From assembly GCF_964204865.1 (NCBI RefSeq), contig NC_135253.1, positions 6,572,001 through 6,636,000 on the forward strand: 64,000 nt of DNA. Reading direction: 5' to 3'. The DNA is from Styela clava (lineage: Eukaryota). Positions 48,901 through 60,900 of this stretch are shown here, one piece after another. The notes beneath the pieces were generated by a model that was not told the origin of the DNA, ran no database searches, and saw only the letters and a list, made by a program, of their open reading frames with translations. The position numbers and the translations under genes were made by a program. Every line of letters begins with the position of its first letter. The first letter of the stretch is position 1.

Positions 48901-51900
48901 GTGTTTATTCATTTTTCACATCCCCTTCTATGTACTGCTGTAGCCTACTTGGGAACAAACCACCATAAGCCTCTACATAATTAGTTGCCAATAATTCTGT
49001 AGTTTAAATATTTTGTAGTTATTAAATTATTAACACACTTAATATTTCCAGGAGAGGAGATTGCTTGAAGATAACGATTTGTCATCATCAACAATGGATG
49101 AATCAGATATTCGTGCATTCAAAGAGCAAATCTCTCAATTGAGTTTGCAACTTGAAGGTTCATTCAGAGAGTTGGACAGACAGAAACGAGATCATGATAT
49201 TGAAGTAAGCTACTATTTTAAACTTTCTAGTATAAATTGTGTTATATACCTTGTTCTAATAGACTTTAAAGACAAGGCTTGATATTTGAAATATTTGGGG
49301 ATATTTTTTTGTAAAATATGGAATTTGCCATGTCCCTGATAACGGAGGAGGGTCCAGACATTTGGGCATTGTGGGTGAAAAATCTCGGCCTCAGCTCACA
49401 TGTCCAAATCCTCACCTTAGATGTGTAATGATCTTGGCGGGGAAAGCCCTGACAATGTAGGTCATGTTAGAAAAATGTCAGTAAAATTTTTTAGTTTCTC
49501 ACGTAACAGTGGCTGCTTGTCTGGAGTCTTGTTTAGAGTTAATTTATGGAAAATCTTATAAAAAAAAAGTTTTGTCTAGCGGTTAATATGTTTAATATTT
49601 CACAACCCAAATAGTGTTTGTTTAAGATTGTTATTTCAGCTGGTTTTCTCATATCTGTTTCATTGTTTTTAGGTTGTGAAACTAAATCAGAGATTAATTG
49701 GCACAATAGATGAATATGAAGCCAAAATTCAAGCTGAAAAAGAAAATGTTGCTGAATTAGAAAACAGACTTGACATGTCTGACACTGGTAATTGTCTTAG
49801 ATATCAAATTTCTTTTTCTATACTTAGTCCAGCGTTTCATACATTTTTCAGTTTGTAACACACTTTTATTGTCAATTCATGAGAAGTGCTTCCTCGAACA
49901 GATTTTGAAAATTTAGCTCGGCCATGTCACTGTGTTAAAACACACTTGATTTATGAATCCTGTGCAGCTGTGCTATTTGGTTATATTAATATCATCACCT
50001 CCCAGACTTGCCAAGTTATCTGGGGATGTTTTTCGTCAAGAAAATTGGTATAACTTTCTCAATCAATCATGTTTATTCGTTTTGGAACGAAAATAACAAG
50101 TTGGCTCATACCTGCTGCCAATGAGACTATTTCTTGCTTTTTCCAATTATTGTAATGTCAATGAAATCGCAATATTCTGCAATCCTATGCTTTATTGAAT
50201 CTTCTTGGATTGCAATCAACTTTTGCTCAATTCTACTTTCTTTTCAGTGAGTTCTGAAATTCAGTCATCGTTCAGTAAACAGCTTCAACAATTAGAAGAA
50301 GAAAGAGATGAACTCAAATCACAATTGAGAGAGGCACAAAGTGCAGCGAGAGAAAATGCTAATTCTGCCAAATTAATTGAAGTAAGCTATCATTTAAGTT
50401 AGATGATTTATTGGATCGATTTGCTTAATGTTCTTGTTTGGGTTATGAGATTTTGCTTATTTAGACTGGTAATACAGCAATCTATTTTAATATGCAGCAT
50501 TGAATATGGGAAAAGAAGGATATGCTAGCTAGAGCGCTTTTAATTTTTTTTCCAATTTTCATTTGCGGGGAGCTGATATTTCACTCCAAATTTTGCTGTT
50601 TTTTATAGTTGTCACCTTCATATGCCATCCGGTACATATTTTCATATGACATCTTGTATAATTTTTTTAAGATTTGCTGTAATTTTAATGACCTTGCAGC
50701 AGTCAATCAATCCCCATTTTAGTAGATTTAAGTACTTGCTCCACTGAGCTATTTTTCGATATTTATTATACTTTTATATTATTTACTTTTTTTAGGATCT
50801 TGAGGACCAATTAACCACATACAAGGCTGAAGTTGAAGAAACAGAAAAAAGATTGGAAGAAAGAAATAAACAAAGCAGAAAACAACAAGATGAATTGGAC
50901 AGAAGGAAAGATGAAATACATAAGCAGGTGAATTCTTTTAAAGTTCTTTATCTTGTTTGGTTTGAATGTTAAAAAAGTTTTCACATTGGTAAGTTCAAGA
51001 GTGTGCCAAAAGTATGGAAATGCAAAGAATATGGAAATGACGGTTGGGATAGAATATTCATATTTATCCAAGGTGAGAGGGAAGACATAAGACGGATTAA
51101 TCATATGGCGAACCATGGCCTCCCGACCAATTATCAGTCCATGTCGGGTATGGCATTAGTTAGCCAGTTATTTTCTTTTAGATGCATGGACTTGATGGAA
51201 AGTCATTACTCGACACCTCAAAACCAAACAGTGCTAAGTCCACTTTTCCAAAAAATGACATTTTTCAATTGCTGATTTTCCTGGACTTAGCTCTAGGTGC
51301 TCTAGATCTCAAGACAGCTATGGACATAACCCTGCTTTTTTTAGGGAATTTGAGAACTAAACAGAGCTGTGTCTACTATAGTGGACTTAACTCTGGATAA
51401 CTGCATTGTAAGTTGGGGCTAAGTCCGTTTTTTGGACATAGCTCCTCTCAAAAAATATAATACAAAGCGCTAAGTCCATACCAGCCTCTATAATAACATA
51501 ATAAAGGGGCCCTAAGTCCAATAAAATTGTTTCTGGTCCAGAAAATTGAGAGCCAAAAAGGGTTAAGTCCAAAAAAAAAAAAACCCCCAAAAAATTGGGG
51601 CGGAGCACAAATTTTTTTATACCATCCAAATATGGCCTTCATTGTAACTTTGGTGGACCATAAAAACTAGACATCCTCGATGTAAGGTATTAGAGAAATA
51701 AAAAAAAGAAACAAAAAAAAAACGTTTTCTGCGTTTTTCTCAAAACTGGAAAAATGGACTTAGCCCAATTTGGATTTCATGCGTCGAACTGACAAGTGAC
51801 GCCGAAGAGGTAACTGTGGCGGTGAAGAGTCCAGCAATTCTGTCGCACGTAACTAACCTCGCATGGGATTCGAACCTGCGAACCCACACAGGGTAATCAG

Positions 51901-54900
51901 AGGTGCTGTGACGAGCATATTCCTAACGCTTAGCATGATGTGCCACGCCCACACCACTGAGCCTGTTATTCTATAGTGTTTATATTATAATATTTATAAA
52001 TTATATATACTTTTTAGATATCAGTATTTGTATCTTAATGCCTTATTTATGTTTTCTATTAATTGTTTCATTCTTACTTTGCTATTCTGACAACAACAAT
52101 AGCATCATTGTTATTAGGATTTGCCATTTATCTTTATTATTGATTATAATTCACACACAATGTAAATAATAAAGAGTTTGTCTGTGTTTGTTTGTGGATA
52201 AAGACTCGTTGTTGTTTGTGAGCATTGCTAATATTTCCTGTGGAATGATTATAACTCTTTGATTAATCATTAAATATCTTGTCTCAACATGCCAGTGGTA
52301 GTCATAGAAATTATTGAAATATTACTTTGAACACTGTTTGCTGTAATATAATTTGGTAAAAGTCATCAAAGTTGAACTAGATTCTGGGCTCTGGCATTTT
52401 GCTGTATTATTAATTCCATAAATCAACACGTCGATCGCCGCTTCTCGGGTAGTCGATCGCGTTTGATGTTATGTGAATTTAAATTTACCCTGGGTGCTAT
52501 ACATATACTATCAAATTAAATGTAACATAAAAAATACAAATTTTTTATATTCACTAAAGAATTGTGCCCACAGAACCGAGATTATTAGCGGCAATGGAAT
52601 TTTTGTGAGCGTGTGTTTAGTTATCTGCATATTCAGCATTCAATCGTTTTTGTGTATCACCTTATTACCGAACAGTCAATTGCGAGCTATTTTAAAAAAT
52701 TTTTGTTGGTCACAGTCAAAAAAAGGTTGGCTTGTATTATATCATAAGATTAATTTTTTGAAATAATTTTCCAAAAAAATCATGATGAATTTTAGTACAG
52801 TAATAAATACGGTACATCTGTTTGTATTCCTAATAATAATCATTCGCCAATCGCCTAGCAATTGTTGAGCAATACATCATGAACAACAGTGTAAAATTAT
52901 GGTAGATTATAGAAACTCTGCAAAAATATATTTAAATGAGTCCAAATTTTTCATGCAGGAGAAAGAAACCAAAAGACTTGTTGCAGAAATTACAAATATG
53001 AAAGAAGAAATTTCAGAAGTCAAAGATAAAGTCAGAGAACAAGAAGAGGAATATAATATTTTGATTCAAAAAGTTAGTTGTATTTTAGAACATATTGTTG
53101 AAAAATTAAATCATTTTTTGTATTATCCAACATGCCAATAAAAGTGCAAAAAGTTGAAATTTTCATGCTTGAATTATGACTTCATAATTTGTGTCCACTC
53201 GCTTAGGATATATTTATTATTGTATTCCACTTCTGTTCTGAATAATTTATGCCAATGTTTATTGAAATTAAATGTTCACAGTTGACGAGTTGAGGAATGT
53301 AGTTTTGGTAATTTACATCGACTAGCAGATAGGCGGTTTTAGCCATTTTTTTTATTGATACCATTGACAGAGATGCCTAAATTGGATTTGGTTTTCTTTT
53401 CTAGTTAAGGTTAATCAAAGGACTTTATTTTCATTGAAATCATAATATACGTCTTATTTTACTATTTCAATGGTTTTATCAAGTAAATGTACAATTTAAA
53501 GGTTGATTTGATTTATTTTTAGAATTTTTGGAGAACTTTTTTAATACCACTAATTGATAGCAATTTTTCTATTTGATTTCCTGTACATTTTTAATTGTGA
53601 ATATTTTATTATCTCTCATTGTACATTCACTTTACAAAGCTTTCATTCACTTTAGCATGCATCAGATATTGAGTCTTTAGAAGAACAACATCGACGTAAT
53701 ATCGAGGAAGTTCTTCAGGATTCGAGTCAACAGGCCGATGAAGACATTCTAATCGCAAAAGATGAAGTGAGAAAAGAAATGGAGGAAATAATTCAAGAAA
53801 TAAAAGATGATCATTCAAATGAATTAAAAGCTGTTCAGAATCAAAATCATAGCCAGGTTGGTAGATAAATATCATCTAAATAGTTTGGTATATTTTATAT
53901 AGATTTTGTTTTTTGAGGGGCGATAATTACATCTTGGTAAGAGTTGATGTATGTTCTATTTGAAGTTATCTGGGTTGGAACACAATATCTCCAATATATA
54001 GCTCTTTTGCTTACAATTACTTTTATCTATGAAGACCCTGAGCACTTTTTGACGCATAGGTAGTCAGAAAGCTTAGGCTTAATGACTGAGTACTGCAGTT
54101 GTCTGAGAAAAATTTAGTTTACATCACAGTTTCTTCACTGTGGCATCTTTGTTCGCATTAGAATTTGCTTTAGACGAGTTATAAAAGTATACATAAATGT
54201 AAGGTTGGAAGGTCTGTTAGTAATATAGCAGCAATCATAATGTGCTGCATTCCAATATTTGAACTTGATGAAATATTCATTAGAAAAAGTCAGGAATAAC
54301 AAATTAGTTTTATCTGGTTTATTGTATATAAACAAAGTGATAAATGCATTTAATGTGGGATAGAAATGCATTAACAACGATTTACTGAACCCTCCTAGTG
54401 CGGTGATTATTTCCTCATGGGATTCGACCTGCGAGCCCACACAGGGTAATCAGAGGTGTGATAACAAGCATGTGTAAGCTGTATTGTATTGACACCAAAT
54501 GTATGTCTGATCTTATTCCATTATTATTTTGTTTCAGCTGAGGTCGGGTTACCATTTTATATGAAATATTCGAATACTAAATTTCTCTTCTGTGGGTTTG
54601 CAAAGTAAAATAACCATCTCATTAGCAAAATAGCTGCTTTGTTAGTGTCTGATCATTTTAGGTCCTTAGTTAAAATCCTCTGTGAAAAAAATGTTAGATG
54701 TCTTTTTGTTGTCGTTGGGGATTCCCAGATACAAATAATTTGGTGGTCTGAATTTTTTTCATCATTCTTTCATTTTTGAATATTTCTCATCTAAAGTCAA
54801 CTTTCAAGAGGATAAGTTATGTTATGTGCTTCATTTTACATGAAAATGTAATTTCAATTGCCTTTATTCTCAAAATAAAGCTTTCAACAATATTTCAAAT

Positions 54901-57900
54901 TTCATGTAAATTTGTTCTTTGACCTCTTCAGCTGTCACTACGCATGGTTTTTAAATTTTACTTAAGAAAATTGATAAAAACAAAAGTCATTTTCATTTCT
55001 GTTTTCATTGAATTCCAATTACGTTATTTTTTTTTATTAGAAATACAATATTCATGATCTTTACATACAGTCACAATTTCTTAAGCCACCTTGCGTTAAA
55101 TAATTGATTATTCCTTGCGAATTTATTATGCAGGCTAATTTTGAAAAATTCCCAATAGCAGTTTGCGCTTTAGGCTTTCATTTAGTTCTAGTCAATTTAA
55201 AGCTGTTGTGTATTAGGATGTAGCTAGATTTTGAAAGTTTTTATTAGGGGGAATGGGATTCTGGTTGAAGGTTTTCTACTTCAGATTATAAATTTCACTA
55301 TTTACTGATTCACTTCTGGGTATGGAGACTTTAGTGAGAATTAAAGTGGATTGTCAAAGTGATATTTTCTGTTTGTATTTAACAAGCTCCAGCTACTCAC
55401 AACAACTACCTAGTTTAGGCAGTATTTTAATCTTTTTTTGTTAATTTCAATTTTGAGAACACAGAAAACTTGTACTTTGTGCAATACATCAGTTTAAAAC
55501 AGTATTTCTGAAACATGTCTTTCTCAATAGAGATTTGAGAAAAGTTGAGCGGCAGGAATTTAGAACATATATGTCCTAAACAAAAATAATCTTATTCATA
55601 TTCAATTTTTTAAATCTCGATTACTTTCAATTATCAAAATTTTCATATAAAAAAAAAAATGAAAGCAAAAAGAAAGAAATTGAATATAAATTGTGTTAAC
55701 ATGTTCTCTGCTGAACATAACCAAATTTGAATACCGGTATATTCAATATTTCATACTTTTGGCCATCCATGGCTTAGAAATGGTGAGCAACAGATGTCAA
55801 GGTTTAAGTTTTGCTTCACGTTTGCTAAAAATGGAATAAATTTTAATATGAGTTTTATTATTTTATTGCTCTTTAAACTGAAAATAATTTTGTTAGCTAG
55901 AAGTAGGTATTATGCAGTCAACAGAGATGGATACTTCTCAGTTAGTTTCATCATTTCTTGAGACCGATCGCTCAAGTGAGGTTTCAACCTCAGTTCATCA
56001 TTGTACATTATGCGGTTGTTACAAAGTAGTTTCTCGAACTTATAAAAGTGAATTACAACTGGTTAAATATGGAACTATGTGTGAAACGGAGACTCAAAAA
56101 CCTAGTGATCTTTCAACTCCTTTCGCTCCGAGTCCAGTGTCTTCTATTTCGTCATGTGACGGTAGCACTGGTAGTTGTATTTGTCACGGACATATAGTTG
56201 TTAAAGAAGTCACAAATTCCTCAAATTCAAAATCGTCTGATAGTAATAGCAGTAGTTGTAAAAGATGTAGAAAAACATGCAGAATATTTCTTGGAAAAGT
56301 AGGTGTTATATCATTTGTTATAGAACTGCTAAGCTATCATATTTGTTGGGTCTATCAATTGACTACTTTGTTTATATTCATGTTAGAATTGTAGTCTATT
56401 CGGTTAGATGAATTAGTTCAATCTTTAAATGATTGACTATTCTGAATAAAGAAGCGAGAAAGCAAGAAATGTTTGGGCTTTTATTGGTTGGTTTATTTCT
56501 GCTTAAGAATTTTGGGAAATATTTAATGCGTAATATAGTTGTCGCAACTGTTCATTTATTTCTACATAATTTAATATAGGTCAAATTTCAATTGTATTGA
56601 TGAGGTTTTATGATACTTTTATTTACTGTATAATCAATTTGATATTGTCGAAGATTATGCAAAATGTATAGTAAATTTTGGATTAAATATCTGTTTGGGT
56701 TTGTACATCCTTATTTGTTATACTGATGATCAGGTTGAATTATATCTTTCAGATGGATGAATTTAAGAAAGAAATGGAAAACAAACTACAAGCTGTTAAG
56801 GATACTCTCGAACAGGAAAAGAAAAGTCAAATGGGAACAGTGAAAGATGTATGTGTGGTTTTTTAGTTCGATTTTGTTTTGTTAAAGATTGGGTAGATAA
56901 CAAAATCCAACCGTAATCATTATTTTGAATAATTCATTTTCATGTTTGCTTTACATTACATCTACAGTTTTAGCAGAGTTCAAGTTGCTATTTATGGTAC
57001 ATTGAAAAGATGGTTTAAGGAAGTCCAACTATACAAATATGATTTTGTTATATATTTGTGCATTGCACTCATATCCTTTGAGCTCATAATTATCCAAGGT
57101 TTAACTTGGCTTTGGATACTTTAGTTTGTTAATGTATGGAAGTGTAATTGTTACAGTTCAGTGTGCTTATTCTTTCAGTTGTCCTACTTTAGTTGTCAAA
57201 ATTTTATATTATTTCAAATACTGACTGTGAATTTTTATTTATTTATTTTCAGGTTCATGAGAGAACTCGGGAAAGAGAGTTTGATCAAATCAAACAAGCT
57301 CATGAAGAAGAGATTGCGAGAATGCAACAAGATTATGAAACAGCAATTGAGTCTTTGAATCAGGAACATGAAAAAGTATTGGAACAATTCAAAGAACGTT
57401 TTAATGAAGAGAAAATACTCGAAGGAAACCGAATTCGCAGAGAAATGGAGGTTTGGATTTTCAAGTTTATTGATTGAATCAAGCAATGCTACGGAGTTTG
57501 TGTATCAGTCATGAGTCTGAGTTTTTCTTGTCTCCTCTTGAGTTGGAGTCAGAGTTGATTCTTCGAACTCCCTTGAATCATGAATCCAAGTCAGAATCTC
57601 AGAAATTCATTGCCGAAAATCGAAGGCAAAATTTTCTACAAAAAAAATCAAACAAATTAAGGTGGAAATGCTGAGGTATATTTCCAATATTTAGAAAGTT
57701 ATTTGTTGGCCAATCAAGTAGTAGTCATACTGTTGAGTATTTTTGAAACAAGATTCACTAAATATTAACTAAAGAAGGCTGGTATGTACATGATTTTCAC
57801 AGTAGTTAGACTAATACTCTGATTATTATTGACTTTTAATTGTTGTATACGTTTTTATTGTTCCTTGTTTTTACCATCTTTTTATAGGAAGATTTTGCCT

Positions 57901-60900
57901 CCAAGATGCAGCAGCTGCACGAAGAAAATGAGCAACAGAAAGAAAAAGACATCGACAGCATAAAACTTGATTTGCAAGAAAAACATGCAGAAGAAATAAA
58001 TCAGTTGGAGAAAATACATTCATCAAGAACTAAAGGTACAGTGAAATATATTTTATGTGCCGTCTATTATTTATATAGATGTATGTTTTATGTGTCTAAT
58101 GTTTAGAAAATTCTATATTTCCATTACCATGATGTAGCTGAAAAGGTCTGTGCAATCCGTGAAAAAATTCTGGTTTGACACAGTTTTTCACTTCATGTGC
58201 CTAGTCTCTGTGGTAGAAACTGAGCCAATTTTAGTCGTTTGAGGTGTAGTTATACAAAGGGCTAGTTTCCAAAAGCATTTCGAATCGAGCCATTTATATT
58301 TTTTGCTCATCCAGGGTGTTTTTATGAAACGAATGTCGGAATGTGTTGGTTGAACACCCTATATAAAGTAATTTTTCACTCAACTGGGTTAATTTGAGCC
58401 AGGTATAGAGTATTTTAAAGTGGGTTTGAAGTCAACTTGTGCTTTTCTAATGTTAAAAATAAATCTTCGCAGTTCTATTTTCACAAACAAAATTGAGTTT
58501 GCTCTGTTAGAACATAAAAGCTCAAAAAAAATTTCATGATTTTTTTAGAGTCGGAAGATGATGTTCTACAGAAACAAAATGAAATGTGGGAAACTAAAAT
58601 AAGGGAACAAGCAGAAGAACATAAGGAGGAATTGGAAAATTTAACAAAAGAACATGAGCAGAGTAGGAATCTATTACAAGAAGAACATCAATCAAAATTA
58701 ACTGAACTTGAGGTGCTTTTTAATCTTTCAATTATTGTGATTTAAAAAAGCAATTCTCCTTAAGCATAAAGACATGACAATTATTTTTTTCCATAAGATC
58801 GTCAGTAACTTTGCTCCGATAAAGGCACTGTATAGTAATAGTCTAGTAGTAAGAATGTTGGACTTAACCAAACTGCTATTAAAACTTGTTGTACTTTACC
58901 CAGAGTATAATAAATTAAATATTGAAAATAAATCAAATACTGGGGAATGCATATTTAGAAGGATTCTAATCTTTAGAAAAATAGGAACGTAATGCGAATC
59001 AGTGGCGCCGCTTTTATATAGCCTTGTTCTCAGTGAAGATACGAAAATGCGACATACAAAAAATCCTAATCTCTGATTTTGATGATGACAGGTTCAATAT
59101 TAAATTAGCTTGGAATTGGGATTATATATTTCAAACCATCAGATTCAGGAATGTGAAAAGCATTCAATTCAAATAAAATTTAGTCATAATCCTATTTTCA
59201 AAAAATTTGTTGTTAAAATTTAAATATCATATATTATTGTTTTACTGCAAAATTGGTCTGGTTTATTATTTGGAAATTGAAATCAGTTGCAGCTGATGCA
59301 GAATTATAGAATATTGAATTAGTTATTACCCTGATTACCCTGTTTGGTTCAAATCCCATGGAGGATAATTACGGTATGTGCAAGAGCAGGGGTGGGCAAC
59401 TTCTCTAGTCGGCGGGCCAGGTGTGGTAAAATGAAGTTCTCGGCGGGCCGGATTATAACATGAATAGTATTTAATATCTTAACACATATTTATTCGCTAA
59501 TGCAAGAAAGAAAATTATAAATCGTGTTTAAAGTTAAGTTTAAACTACAAAAAAATAGAGACCAAAAACACATAATGAATTTATCATAATGTACTAAAGT
59601 ATAATAATGTAATATAATAATGTACTGATGTACAGTCAACGGGCCGGTCAAAATCTCGTCTCAGGCCTGGACCTCGGCCCGCGGGTCGTATGTTGCCCAC
59701 CCCTGTGCAAGAGGATTGTTGTTCTCCTCATAGTAAGTAGTTAGGTGGTTCACCTATCCGCTGGTTGGTTACGGTTTTCTCCACTATCAGGTCCATGCGT
59801 CTGAAACAAATAACTGGACAACTATATCTTTATTCAACATGAACTGGTAACCGGACGGCTTTCCTCTCCTAGGTGATAAATATTAAATTTCCATAAGATA
59901 TAAACACTTTAGTGAAAATGCTTTCTGAGATAGGCCTACAAGCTAACCACTAAGATAGTTTGTCCCATTTTGTCAAATGAATTAAAAATTCTAATATATA
60001 AACGTTTGCAGAACGAGCATAAAACAAGATTGGAAGCGAGAGAAGAGGAAATGAAAAAATTACTACAGGAACAGAGAGAAGAACAAGAGTCGGCAATACA
60101 GTTGATTAAAGATGAAGGTTTTGCTCGGGAACAGAATGAAAAACAAGTTGCAGAGCAGGTATTGAAAAAAATTATCTAAATTATAACCTATGAATGACTA
60201 TAAAATCCTTTACCTTCCAATTGACACTTTTCAACAGAATGAGCTGGTCAGTTCGAAGTCTCTTCTGAGTTTTACCATTCATATTTGAAAGTTGATTCAG
60301 ATTTTTTAAATTTTATTAAGAATTTTTGTTCCATTCGAGGTCTATGTAAAAATCAGAGTCACTTGTTTGTATGGCTCTTGGTGAATGGTCATATTCAGAT
60401 GTGATATGTTTTTGACTCCAGACTTCTGGTTTGCCCTCGTAATAAAATCTTCTTTCTTCTCCAGACTTCTCTCCCTTGAGATAGATGCAATATGCTATTT
60501 GATTTCCAGTTGTAGTTGTCTTCGTCAATGTAATTAGTAATCTGTACCCAACTGTTTAAAACTGAAATAGGAGTTTAAAATTCTGCTTCCATATTGTTTG
60601 TTTTTCTATCTTTCAATAGTATTGTTATTTTACTGTAAGCTTAATAGTATTATTTCATTTTTATTATTTTGTTCGAGTCTGTTACAAATTTTTATATTGT
60701 ATAAATATCTTTTTATTCATTTAGATGGAAGCTCTACAACTTCAGTTAACAGAAGCAACTGTTAAATTAGAAGAAGAATATAGTGAAAAATTATCTGCCT
60801 TGGAATCAGAACATAAAGACAAAAAAATAAAATTGGAAGAAGAATGTCACAGATTAAAAGAAACCGTGGATGAAATCAACAAAGAAAGAGAGGAAATAAT

